From Bacteroidales bacterium (GTDB taxonomy: Bacteria > Bacteroidota > Bacteroidia > Bacteroidales > UBA932), in the NCBI GenBank assembly GCA_024401745.1, contig JAKSKK010000003.1:2287-66286 (forward strand): a DNA stretch of 64,000 nucleotides, given 5' to 3'. This document shows positions 9,034-18,099 of this stretch, piece by piece. How positions within the stretch are numbered: position 1 is the stretch's first letter; the number at the start of each line of letters is the position of its first letter. A program made the position numbers and the translations under genes. The notes under the pieces were generated by a model, which saw only the letters and a list, made by a program, of their open reading frames with translations, made no database searches and was not told where the DNA came from.

Positions 9034-10629
9034 CTAATAACCGGGGTTCTGTTCAAGATTGCTGTTAGAGTTGAGGTCGGCTGAAGGGATGGAGAAGAGG
9101 TTGAACTTGCTGTCAACGGCCTTTCCTTCTGCTGCACCACCCTTGAACTCCCAAAGGTACTTGTCAGTTGTGAAGAGTCCGAAGCGGATGAGGTCCTGGC
9201 GGCGGAAGCCTTCCATGTAGAGCTCGCGTCCGCGCTCGTCGATGATGTTGTCGAGAGAGAGTGCGAGGTGGTCGAGACCGGCACGTGCGCGTACCTCGTC
9301 GAAGTACTTCTGGCCTTCTGAAGCGTTGGCTGCTCCACGGGCTGCACACTCAGCATACATGAGGAGGACGTCAGCGAAACGGAATACGGGGAAGTCGGTG
9401 TCGACGAATCCCTGAGCCTGAGCTGCGCTGCCGTCGTGGTTGATGTTGGAGAACTTCATTGACTTCCAGCCCTCTGATGCGCCGTCGGCGTCGCGAAGGG
9501 CGTCAATGTACTGCTTGTAGCCGCCCTTGAAGAACATTGCGCGTGCATCGTTCTCCTCGAACTTGCTGGTGAAGGTTCCGGTGAGGCTGAGGCCTGACCA
9601 TCCTGAAGATATGCCTACCTGGGCAACGTCCATGGTCTTCTCGGGCTTGCCGGTAACTGACCATGTGCTTGCGAACACGAGGAAGTTGGTGGAACCGTAT
9701 GAGTGCAGCTGGTTGCCGTCCTGAGGTGCCACGAACATGATCTCGTCGCCGAAGAAGGTAGAGTTGCTTGTGCAGAGATGGTTGTCGGCACAGAAGAGGT
9801 CCTTGTAGTTCTCGTGGAGAGCGTAGAAGGGCATGATCTCCTCGCAGACCTTTGCGCACTTGTCATACATTGCCTCGCCCTTCCATACCTCTGCGTTGAG
9901 GTAGAGCTTTGCGAGTATCATCATCACGAGACCCTTGTCTGCGCGGCCGTACTCGGCTGCACCTGCTCCGCGGAGGAAGCCGTTCTCGAGAAGGTCGTTG
10001 CACTCGTCGACCATCCAGTCGAAGAGATCGGCGCGCTTCTTCTGCTCGGGAGCCTGTGAACCTACGCTGTTCTCCTCGGTAGCGAAGGGAACGTTGCCGA
10101 ACATGTCGATTGCGTGGTAGTAGCTGAGGAGCCTGAGGGCGCGTGCCTCTGAAACGTACTCTTCCTTGTGGGGGTAGTCGCTGATTGTGGTAGCGTTTGA
10201 CCTGCGGATGAACTCGTTGCACTGGCTGATCTGGAAGTAGATGCGCATGTACATGCTGAATACGAACTCGTTGGATGAGTTCCAGCAGAGGTTGTGCAGG
10301 TCGAAGAGGGTACCGTCGTTCCAGCAGCATGTCATCACGTCGGTGGTGACTTCCTGCATGTTCACGACAGCACGGAAATACTGGCCGTAGCCACCGTCAA
10401 CACCGTCGATGTCGGGAGAACCGTCCTGACCGTATGAGCTTGAAGAGCAGAGACCCTGGTAGCACTTTGCGAGGAACTGTCCGAATGCCTCGTCTGAGTC
10501 GAGGACGTCCTCGGGAAGGACTGTATTGGGGTCGATAGGGGTAACGTCGAGGTCTTTAACACAAGAAGATGTGAAGCCTGCAACCATTACTGCCACGAGG
10601 GTTGATGCAATAAACTTGATCTTTTTCAT
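9034..10629 (-). CDS. susD: SusD/RagB family glycan-binding lipoprotein
   Basis: Lipobox TSSC; EARALR..YY..IDMFGNVPF, LAKLYLNAEV, FRFADVLLMYAE, DERGRELYMEGFRRQDLIRFG, QNPGY. Confidence 0.95.
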   Translation of the reverse strand: MKKIKFIASTLVAVMVAGFTSSCVKDLDVTPIDPNTVLPEDVLDSDEAFGQFLAKCYQGLCSSSSYGQDGSPDIDGVDGGYGQYFRAVVNMQEVTTDVMTCCWNDGTLFDLHNLCWNSSNEFVFSMYMRIYFQISQCNEFIRRSNATTISDYPHKEEYVSEARALRLLSYYHAIDMFGNVPFATEENSVGSQAPEQKKRADLFDWMVDECNDLLENGFLRGAGAAEYGRADKGLVMMILAKLYLNAEVWKGEAMYDKCAKVCEEIMPFYALHENYKDLFCADNHLCTSNSTFFGDEIMFVAPQDGNQLHSYGSTNFLVFASTWSVTGKPEKTMDVAQVGISSGWSGLSLTGTFTSKFEENDARAMFFKGGYKQYIDALRDADGASEGWKSMKFSNINHDGSAAQAQGFVDTDFPVFRFADVLLMYAECAARGAANASEGQKYFDEVRARAGLDHLALSLDNIIDERGRELYMEGFRRQDLIRFGLFTTDKYLWEFKGGAAEGKAVDSKFNLFSIPSADLNSNSNLEQNPGY

Positions 10630-10646
10630 ATCTCTGTAGTGTTAAA

Positions 10647-13600
10647 TTAGAAATTGTACTTCACACCAAGGATGTAGGTGCGGGGTCTGGGATACATGTT
10701 GTTGTCTATGCCTGAGAATACCTCGGGATCGATTCCCCTGTATCCTGTGAGGGTTGCAACGTTCTGGATGGTGCCGAATACGCTGAGGTTCATGTCACGG
10801 CCTGCTGCTTCCGCAAGCTTGAAGCGGTAGCTGAGGGTGATGTTGTCGATCTTCAGGAATGAAGCGTCGGTGACATACATGTCTGACCAGTACTGTGCGA
10901 AGTTCTGGAAGTTGTGCTCCTCTGCGGTTGCGTAACGGTTGTTGATGAAGCTGTTGGTGCTGAGGTCGGTGAGAAGGTCGCCGTTGCTCATCACGTTGTT
11001 GTAGATGTAGTTGCCTACGTTTGCGTGTCCGCTCATTGCAAGGGTGAGTGCCTTGTATGAAACCCTGGTGTTGAAGCCGAAGGTCCAGTCGGGTGCAGCC
11101 TTGTGGAAGCAGTACTTGTCGTTGGTGTTGATCACACCGTCATTGTTGCGGTCTACATATACGCCCTCCATGGGCTTGCCGTCGGTGTCATATACCTGCT
11201 GGTATACGAAGAATGAGTTAGGTGCCTGGCCGCTCTGGTGTACCTGGATGGTGTTTCCGGTACCGCCGCTGATGCCGCCCACGTCAACTCCGTGATAGTT
11301 CTCGCTCTCGTCCTCGTTGGTGAGGCGGGTAACAACGGTCTTGTTCCATGCTGCGTTGAAGCCGAGGGTCCATGACCAGTCCTTGGTCTGTACGGGAACG
11401 GTGTTGAGTTCGAACTCGAAACCGGTGTTCTCGAGGTCGCCGATGTTGGCGTTCAGATAGTTGGAGAGGTTGGCGCCTGCTGCAACGGGAGTGTAGTTGA
11501 GGAGGTCCTTGGTGAAGCGCTTGTAGACGTCGATGCTACCGTAGATCCTGTCGCCGAGGAAGCCGTAGTCGATACCTGCGTTCCAGGTAGTCGTGGTCTC
11601 CCACTTGAGGTCTGCGTTGTAACCCTTGGCGGTGATAGGAGTGATGAACTCGGTGCCGAAAGGATACATGCAGGCGTTGGTGTTATAAACATAAGTGGCG
11701 AGGGTAGGATAGTAACCGCTGCCGAGGTCCTGCTGGCCGGTCTGGCCGTATGAGAGACGAACCTTCAATGCAGACACGGGTTCCACATACTTGAGGAATT
11801 CCTCGTTCTTTGCGTTCCATCCGAATGCGAATGAAGGGAACAGACCCCACTTGTTGTTGGCGAAGCGGGAAGTACCGTCGGCACGGAATGTGGCGGTGAG
11901 GAGGTAACGGTTGTCGAAGCTGTAGTTCAGTCGGCCGAAGAATGAGACGAGGAAGAGTTCTCCCTTGCCCTTGTAAGGCGAGCTGAGGTAGTAGCTTGCG
12001 TCTGAAGAGGGAGTGTCGTCGGCCTTGAAGGTCTCGTTGAACGACTCGCTGTAGAAGTGCTGCCAGCTGTAACCTGCCATAGCCTCGAAGCTGTGCTTCT
12101 CTGCCCATGTGTGGCTGTAGTCAGCATAGAGCTCGAGAGTCTGGTCAAGCTTTTTCTGGCTGTAGTTGGTATGGTAGCCTGAAGCGTGGTTGTTGGCCTG
12201 CTGGTTGGTCGAGTGCATGCTCTGCTCGGTGTCGGGAGCCACGTCGACGGTGCCGTCTGAGGTGGTGTAGTCCATACCGAGGTTGAGGTTGATGCGGAGG
12301 TCTTCGAATCCGTGCACCTTATAGTCGAACTGAGCATTGCCGAGGAAACGCTTTGCGTTGCTGATGTCCTTCTTGTCGTTGATCAGGGCAACAGGGTTCT
12401 GGTTTGCCATGGTGTTGCAGTTGTCGACGGTGAAGGTTCCCTTTCCGTAGTTCCACCAGCTGTATCCGTTCAGACCGTTGGGGTCGTATACGGGGCGGGT
12501 AGGGTCATACTGGACAGCCTGGGTGATGGCACCGGTGTTGGCGAAGCGGGTGTCCATGTTCATGCCCTTGCCGTTGAGGCTGACGGTGAGGTGGTTGTCG
12601 AAGAACGTAGGGTTGAGGTTGACTGCGATGGTCTCACGTGTCATGTTGGAGGTCTTCAGGGTACCGTCGTTGTTGAGGTAGCCGAGAGCCACGCGGTAAG
12701 GAAGGCTGAACTTGTCGTTTCCTGCCTTTCCTGAGATGGCAACGTTTCCTTCGTAGGTCTGTGCGAGCTGGAAGATCTCCTTCTGCCAGTCGGTGTTGGC
12801 GGTGCCGAGGTTCTTGTAGTTGTCGCTGTCCTCTCCGTATACCTTGCCTACGAGGCTGCGGAGGCCGTCAGCGTCAAGCACGTCGATGTACTTGGTGTTC
12901 TGGCTGAGCGAAGCTGTGAAGTCGGCGTCGATGTGAGGAACCTTGCCGCTGCTCTGGCCCTTCTTGGTGGTGATCATGATGACACCGTTGGAAGCGCGTG
13001 AACCGTAGATTGCGGTAGCGGAGGCATCCTTGAGGACTGTGAAGCTCTCGATGTCGTTAGGGTTGATCGATGCGAGGGCGTTGCTTGTTCCGCTGATGCC
13101 GTCGTTCGATACGGGCAGGCCGTCGATGACTACGAGAGGGTCGTTTGATGCGTTGAGGGATGAGCCGCCGCGGATTCTGATGGTAGATGCAGAACCGGGA
13201 GCACCGTCACCGGTGGTGATGACGACGCCGGCTGATTTGCCCTGAAGCAGGTCGGTGGGTGATGTTGCGATACCCTTGTTTAGCTGGTCAGCCTTGACTG
13301 CTGACACGCTGCCGGTCATATCGCCCTTCTTGACGGTACCGTAACCGATGACCACAACCTCATCGAGGAAGGTGGTGTCGTCGGCGAGGACGATGGTCCC
13401 GGGCACCTCTGAAGCCTTGAAAGAAACTGTAGCGTATCCAATGCAGCTTACCTCGACGGTAGCGTCTGCAGAAGATACCTTGAGAGTGTACTTGCCGTCC
13501 AGGTCGGTCACGGCGCCGTTGGCAGTTCCCTGCTCGACTACCGTGGCTCCGATAACGGGGCCTACCTGGTCGGTAACCACACCCTTAACCTCGTATGCGC

Positions 13601-13673
13601 CCTGGGCGAATACGTTGGCAGACATCACGGCCGAAGCCACGATGCCAGCGAGGATGGTTAGGATTCTTTTCAT
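10647..13673 (-). CDS. susC: SusC/RagA TonB-dependent outer-membrane transporter
   Basis: LDEVVVIGYG, IRIRGGSSL, INPNDIES.TVLKDASATAIYGSRASNGVI.ITTK, DLKWETT, YPRPRTY..G..NF. Confidence 0.97.
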   Translation of the reverse strand: MKRILTILAGIVASAVMSANVFAQGAYEVKGVVTDQVGPVIGATVVEQGTANGAVTDLDGKYTLKVSSADATVEVSCIGYATVSFKASEVPGTIVLADDTTFLDEVVVIGYGTVKKGDMTGSVSAVKADQLNKGIATSPTDLLQGKSAGVVITTGDGAPGSASTIRIRGGSSLNASNDPLVVIDGLPVSNDGISGTSNALASINPNDIESFTVLKDASATAIYGSRASNGVIMITTKKGQSSGKVPHIDADFTASLSQNTKYIDVLDADGLRSLVGKVYGEDSDNYKNLGTANTDWQKEIFQLAQTYEGNVAISGKAGNDKFSLPYRVALGYLNNDGTLKTSNMTRETIAVNLNPTFFDNHLTVSLNGKGMNMDTRFANTGAITQAVQYDPTRPVYDPNGLNGYSWWNYGKGTFTVDNCNTMANQNPVALINDKKDISNAKRFLGNAQFDYKVHGFEDLRINLNLGMDYTTSDGTVDVAPDTEQSMHSTNQQANNHASGYHTNYSQKKLDQTLELYADYSHTWAEKHSFEAMAGYSWQHFYSESFNETFKADDTPSSDASYYLSSPYKGKGELFLVSFFGRLNYSFDNRYLLTATFRADGTSRFANNKWGLFPSFAFGWNAKNEEFLKYVEPVSALKVRLSYGQTGQQDLGSGYYPTLATYVYNTNACMYPFGTEFITPITAKGYNADLKWETTTTWNAGIDYGFLGDRIYGSIDVYKRFTKDLLNYTPVAAGANLSNYLNANIGDLENTGFEFELNTVPVQTKDWSWTLGFNAAWNKTVVTRLTNEDESENYHGVDVGGISGGTGNTIQVHQSGQAPNSFFVYQQVYDTDGKPMEGVYVDRNNDGVINTNDKYCFHKAAPDWTFGFNTRVSYKALTLAMSGHANVGNYIYNNVMSNGDLLTDLSTNSFINNRYATAEEHNFQNFAQYWSDMYVTDASFLKIDNITLSYRFKLAEAAGRDMNLSVFGTIQNVATLTGYRGIDPEVFSGIDNNMYPRPRTYILGVKYNF

Positions 13674-13691
13674 AAGTTGGTTGAAAATGTA

Positions 13692-15026
13692 TTATAATTG
13701 GTTTTGCTTGTTGTCTTTTGTCAGCACGACCGAAGCCGCTCCGAGCACGAGCAGTATGCCCGCTGCCATGAGCATTCCGGCCTGGTTGCCGCCGATGCAC
13801 TTGATGAGAGCTCCGCCCAGCAGGGCTGCGATGATCTGCGGCAGGCAGATGGTGCAGTTGAACAGTCCGAGGTATTCGCCCATGTGCTCACCGCTGAGCG
13901 AGTTGGTGAGAAGGGTGAAGGGGATTGCGAGCATTGCCGCCCACGCTGCGCCTATGAGGAGGAACGACAGGAACAGAACCCACTGGCTGTGTATGAAGAA
14001 CACTGAGATGAAGCCCGCTGCGCCTATGAGAAGGCTGACCACGTAGGCGACCCTGATGTTCCTGAACTTGGGTATGAACGCCGCCCAGATGATGGAGCCT
14101 ACTGACTGCACTGCGAACAGCACGCCCACCCAGTTGCCGGCGGCCTGATATCCTTCGGAAGCCGCGTCGGTGGTGTTCCAGCAGTTCTGGGCCACGGCGC
14201 CGTTCGTGTATGTCCACATGAAGAGGAAAGCCGCCCAGCAGAAGAACTGCACGAGGCCTACTGTCCAGAATGTCCTGGGTGCGTGTGCGAGGAGCTTGAA
14301 CAGGCCCTCCTTCTTAGGCTGCTCAGCCGTCTTGGGGTCTATTCCGTGGAACTCGGCATACTCCTGGGGGTTGAGCTCCTTGACCTTGACGAAGGTGAAG
14401 AGTACGCATGCGATGAGGATCGCCGCTCCCACATAGAAGCTCCAGATCACTGAATCGGGAACCATTCCCTCAGGTGCGGTGTTGGCAAGGCCTATCCAGG
14501 TGAAGAAGATGGGGAAGAGGTATGCCACGAACGAACCTGCGTTGCAGAGGAGGCTCTGGATGCTGTATGCCTTGGCCTTCTGCTCCTCATTCACCATGTC
14601 GCCCACCATCATCTTGAAAGGCTGCATGGCCACGTTGATGCTGGTGTCGAGGAACATGAGGCTGAAGAGCCCGAACCACATTGCGCCGTTCAGGCCGAGC
14701 AGGAGCCTGGATGAGAACCTGAGGCTGCCGGCGTTCGGAAGGAACACCATCACGAGCACTGCGATCAGGGCACCTACGAGCAGGTAGGGCTTGCGGCGTC
14801 CCATGCGGCACCAGGTCCTGTCGGACCATTTTCCGATGAGCGGCTGGATGATCATTCCCATGAGGGGAGGAAGTATCCAGAAGAAGCTCAGCTGATGCGG
14901 GTCGGCACCGAGCGTTGCGAATATACGACTGATGTTTGCACTCTGAAGTGCGTATGCGATCTGGACTCCAAAGAATCCGAAACTCAGATTGATGAGCTGT
15001 CCGAGAGAAAGATTGTTTTTGGCCAT
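13692..15026 (-). CDS. MFS (SLC45/GPH-like) maltose/maltodextrin transporter
   Basis: NLSFGFFGVQIAYALQ, WSDRTW..GRRKPY, DTSINVAMQPFK, GLFNCTICLPQIIA; ~12 TM segments; ATG 15026 chosen; first gene of the PUL. Confidence 0.88.
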   Translation of the reverse strand: MAKNNLSLGQLINLSFGFFGVQIAYALQSANISRIFATLGADPHQLSFFWILPPLMGMIIQPLIGKWSDRTWCRMGRRKPYLLVGALIAVLVMVFLPNAGSLRFSSRLLLGLNGAMWFGLFSLMFLDTSINVAMQPFKMMVGDMVNEEQKAKAYSIQSLLCNAGSFVAYLFPIFFTWIGLANTAPEGMVPDSVIWSFYVGAAILIACVLFTFVKVKELNPQEYAEFHGIDPKTAEQPKKEGLFKLLAHAPRTFWTVGLVQFFCWAAFLFMWTYTNGAVAQNCWNTTDAASEGYQAAGNWVGVLFAVQSVGSIIWAAFIPKFRNIRVAYVVSLLIGAAGFISVFFIHSQWVLFLSFLLIGAAWAAMLAIPFTLLTNSLSGEHMGEYLGLFNCTICLPQIIAALLGGALIKCIGGNQAGMLMAAGILLVLGAASVVLTKDNKQNQL

Positions 15027-15084
15027 CGTTAGTGTTATAACGTTCACAAGGTATGAATTAAATTCGTTTTGTGTGCGCGCGAGC

Positions 15085-15144
15085 GACGGCTTGTCGGAAA
15101 ATTATGACGAAATTAGTGTTTCCGCCGACGAATTTTTATATTTG
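15085..15144 (+). promoter_or_regulatory. Three GACG(A/G) direct repeats at 21-bp period plus a Bacteroidota -7 element; candidate LytTR operator
   Basis: GACG at 15085, 15106 and 15127 (CGACGGC, TGACGAA, CGACGAA); TATATTTG at 15137-15144. Confidence 0.6.
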
Positions 15145-15162
15145 TGCAATAACTTTTTGGAT

Positions 15163-15888
15163 ATGGCGACGAATCGGTATAGTAAAAGTATTCTTGTAAT
15201 CCTCATATTCGCAGTTTTGCACGGATTGTGCTGTTTTTGCTGCCGAACTCTGGGCATTGAGGACTCCTGGGTGCTCACCCTGCTCACCATCGCGATGGTT
15301 TTCATACTGGGCTATCAGCGGGGAATGAAGATATATTTCATCATTGCTGCCATCATCCTGGTGAACGTGCTTGCCTACCTCATGGGCAACGCCATACCCC
15401 TTTGCTTCGTTCCTCTCTTCGGGCCCAGTCTGTGGATCAATGTCTTCACCACAACCTTCACGACCCTGGTGCTCGGCTTCGTGTTCGAGCTCGCGGCAAC
15501 CATCTTCCTGAAGAACGGCCATGTCTCCGCCACCGACGATCTCCAGCCCCGGGAGTTCAGGCATCGCTGGGTGGTGCGCGTCAACGACAGGATAGTCCCT
15601 GTTAAGACCGAGCAGATTGCCTATTTCTTCTCAGAGGACAAGTCAAACTACCTCGTCACCTTCGACGGCGGCAAATACATAGTGGATGCTACAATGGATT
15701 CGATCCTGGCCGATCTGGACCCCAGGACCTTCTTCAGGATAAACAGAGGATGCATCCTGTCGCTTTCCTGCATCGAAAGCGCAGTGGTCACCTCGGGACG
15801 CTACTCGGTCAACGTGCATCCGGCCCTCGGTGTCTCCATGGTCGTGGCGCGTTCCCGCGTCGACGATTTCCTTACCTGGCTGCAGTAA
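15163..15888 (+). CDS. Membrane-anchored LytTR-family DNA-binding regulator (no receiver domain)
   Basis: ~4 hydrophobic N-terminal segments; LytTR motifs IAYFFSEDK, LDPRTFFRINRGCI, VARSRV..FLTWL; ATG 15163 follows a promoter. Confidence 0.85.
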   Translation: MATNRYSKSILVILIFAVLHGLCCFCCRTLGIEDSWVLTLLTIAMVFILGYQRGMKIYFIIAAIILVNVLAYLMGNAIPLCFVPLFGPSLWINVFTTTFTTLVLGFVFELAATIFLKNGHVSATDDLQPREFRHRWVVRVNDRIVPVKTEQIAYFFSEDKSNYLVTFDGGKYIVDATMDSILADLDPRTFFRINRGCILSLSCIESAVVTSGRYSVNVHPALGVSMVVARSRVDDFLTWLQ

Positions 15889-17782
15889 CGAAGCCGAAGA
15901 ACTCCTTCAGCTCGGTCTTGGTGCCGAACTTTGCCATGTAGACTGTGTCTCCCAGAGCGGAAGACAGCGCCTCGGGCATGCGGTCGCACATTGCGAGCCT
16001 GCTGCCGTATCTGGCGACTATCTCTTCGTGGGTGTGCTCGTATGAGTGCACGTCGCGCCTGCCTACGTATGCGCAGTAGAACTGCTCGCCCTGGCCTGTG
16101 CGGCACTCGTCGAAGGCCACCATGTCGGCCCATATCCTGTACACGTCGGTGCTGTGGGCAAAGTCCATCATGTCGGGGGTGTATCCTCCGGCGGGGCGCA
16201 TGTTCACCTCCAGGCCCACATAGTCGCCCTTGGCTCCGAGCCCCTCGCGGTCGCGGTCGAGCTTGAAGAACTCAAGGTGCACGAAGCGGCAGGTGATTCC
16301 GAAGGCCTTCACCGTCCTGCGTCCTATCTCAGAGAGCTTTGCGGGCACCTTCTTGTCGGCATAGTAGCAGTTGTCGAGGTTGCCGTGCACCACGTCCATG
16401 ATGGGTGTGGGGAATATGCAGGAATTCTCGAAGATGGGCTCACCCTTCGAGTTGATGACTGCGTCGTATGAGGTCAGTTCGCCTGTGATGAACTCCTCTA
16501 CCACAAAGAGCTGCCAGTTGCCGGGGTGGGTTGCGAAGAACTCCTCTATGTCGGCCTCGCTGCAGAGCTTGAATGTGCCGTCGGCGCCCACGCCGTTGTC
16601 GGGCTTTGCGATGATGGGATAGCCGGTCATCCTTGCGAACTCCTTGACTTTCTCAAGCCCTTCGGCCGCTTTGATCTGGCGGGCTGTGGGGATGTTTCCG
16701 AGGGCATAGTACTTCTTCATCTCGGACTTCTCCTTGATGGATGCGATGCGGTCGGACTTTATGCCTGTGGTGATGTTGAAGTCGGTTCTCAGGCGGGCGT
16801 CCTGCTCGAGCCAGTACTCGTTGTTGGACTCTATCCAGTCGATCTTGCCGTACTTGAAGGCGAAGAAAGCCACGGCCCTGTAGACCTGGTTGTAGTCTTC
16901 GAGGTTCTCGACCCTGTAGTATTCCGTGAGCGAGCTGCGCAGCTCCTCGCTGATTTCATTGTATGGTGCATCTGCGATTCCTAGTACGTTCACGCCGTTG
17001 TTCCTGAGGTTCTTGCAGAATGCCGAATAAGTTTTGGGAAAGTGGGGGGAAATGAAGATGAAGTTCATGAATCTGTATGTTTGGCCGTCGTCGCAGATCT
17101 TGCGCATGCGGCAGTTTTCAATGATGTATGCTTCGCCGAAGATGGTCTCGCGGCCGTTTTCGCAAAGGATGTAGGTTCCGTCACGGAAGGTGTAGAATGC
17201 CCTCTGGCGGCTCTCGGGGATGATTATGTCTTCCATCAGGCGCCTGCCGTCGAGCATGGCTCCGCTGATGTCCTCGAGATGCGGCACGATGTTTATCTCC
17301 GTCAGGCCGAGGCCGTCGAGCTCCAGCCTGTAGTCAGGGTCGATGCTCTCGCCGGGCAGCTCGGGGTGGGAATACACCTTGCGGGCGCAGTTCATCGAGC
17401 CGGCGCTGCAGCCTATGATTACGCCGTCATAGTCCTTGAGGAGATCCTTCAGCCTCAGTTCATGGAAGAACCTGTTCTGGGTTGGCACGTGCCCGCCGCA
17501 GAGGAAGACGAGGTCAGCACCTTCTATAAGTTCCTTGGCCCTGGGCGCCAGCGAACGGTCCAGCATGGTGAAGCTGCGGTACCTGATGGATGAATTGTCG
17601 ACGCATTCCTGCATCGATTCCTTCACCCACTTGTTGTAATCGGGGTCATCCGGCGCCGCGCTCACGAGAAGGATAGCGGGATTCCTGGGCAGCCGGCTGC
17701 GCACTGCCTGCGCAAAGCCGTTGTCCTCAGTGAAATATCCCTGCCCTTTCCTGCAGGGGCTGCCGGTTAGGAATAGCGTCAT
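15872..17782 (-). CDS. Fusion of peptidase S51 (PepE/cyanophycinase-like) and an ATP-grasp ligase domain
   Basis: N-terminal LCGGH, GCSAGS, IVPH. From MNFIFISPHFP (17068) onward: ESNNEYWL, KPDNGVGA, EEFITG, HLEFF, EVNMRPAG. Confidence 0.8.
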   Translation of the reverse strand: MTLFLTGSPCRKGQGYFTEDNGFAQAVRSRLPRNPAILLVSAAPDDPDYNKWVKESMQECVDNSSIRYRSFTMLDRSLAPRAKELIEGADLVFLCGGHVPTQNRFFHELRLKDLLKDYDGVIIGCSAGSMNCARKVYSHPELPGESIDPDYRLELDGLGLTEINIVPHLEDISGAMLDGRRLMEDIIIPESRQRAFYTFRDGTYILCENGRETIFGEAYIIENCRMRKICDDGQTYRFMNFIFISPHFPKTYSAFCKNLRNNGVNVLGIADAPYNEISEELRSSLTEYYRVENLEDYNQVYRAVAFFAFKYGKIDWIESNNEYWLEQDARLRTDFNITTGIKSDRIASIKEKSEMKKYYALGNIPTARQIKAAEGLEKVKEFARMTGYPIIAKPDNGVGADGTFKLCSEADIEEFFATHPGNWQLFVVEEFITGELTSYDAVINSKGEPIFENSCIFPTPIMDVVHGNLDNCYYADKKVPAKLSEIGRRTVKAFGITCRFVHLEFFKLDRDREGLGAKGDYVGLEVNMRPAGGYTPDMMDFAHSTDVYRIWADMVAFDECRTGQGEQFYCAYVGRRDVHSYEHTHEEIVARYGSRLAMCDRMPEALSSALGDTVYMAKFGTKTELKEFFGFVTAAR

Positions 17783-17790
17783 TTGGGCCG

Positions 17791-17798
17791 CAAAGTTA
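17791..17798 (-). promoter_or_regulatory. Bacteroidota -7 promoter element (TAACTTTG)
   Basis: Matches TAnnTTTG, 8 nt upstream of ATG 17782. Confidence 0.65.
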
Positions 17799-17877
17799 AT
17801 CCGATTTCGGTTTCCGTGTACTATTTTTAAACGAAAATGACCAAATTTGCAATTGACACGCTAAACTGACATCTGAA

Positions 17878-18099
17878 TTGAAAAAGATTATCCTGACAAT
17901 CCTGTTCACAGTAGCCGCAATGGCCACGGCAGGCGCCCAGCGAGGTTATTACAAGGACCTTTTCATGGACAGCACCAGGATAACACAGGTTGACACAGTC
18001 ATCCAGACCATGCTCCTTGGCGGAAACCCGCTCGACGAGAACGGCATCCTGCTCTACCCCGACGGCGTCCCGTACACGATTTTGGTGAATCTGAAATGA
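17878..18099 (+). pseudogene. Probable remnant of a longer secreted protein
   Basis: TTG start, full signal peptide, then YYKDLFMDS and DENGILLYPDG, which I recall as N-terminal motifs of much longer Bacteroidales proteins; stops after 73 aa. Confidence 0.45.
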
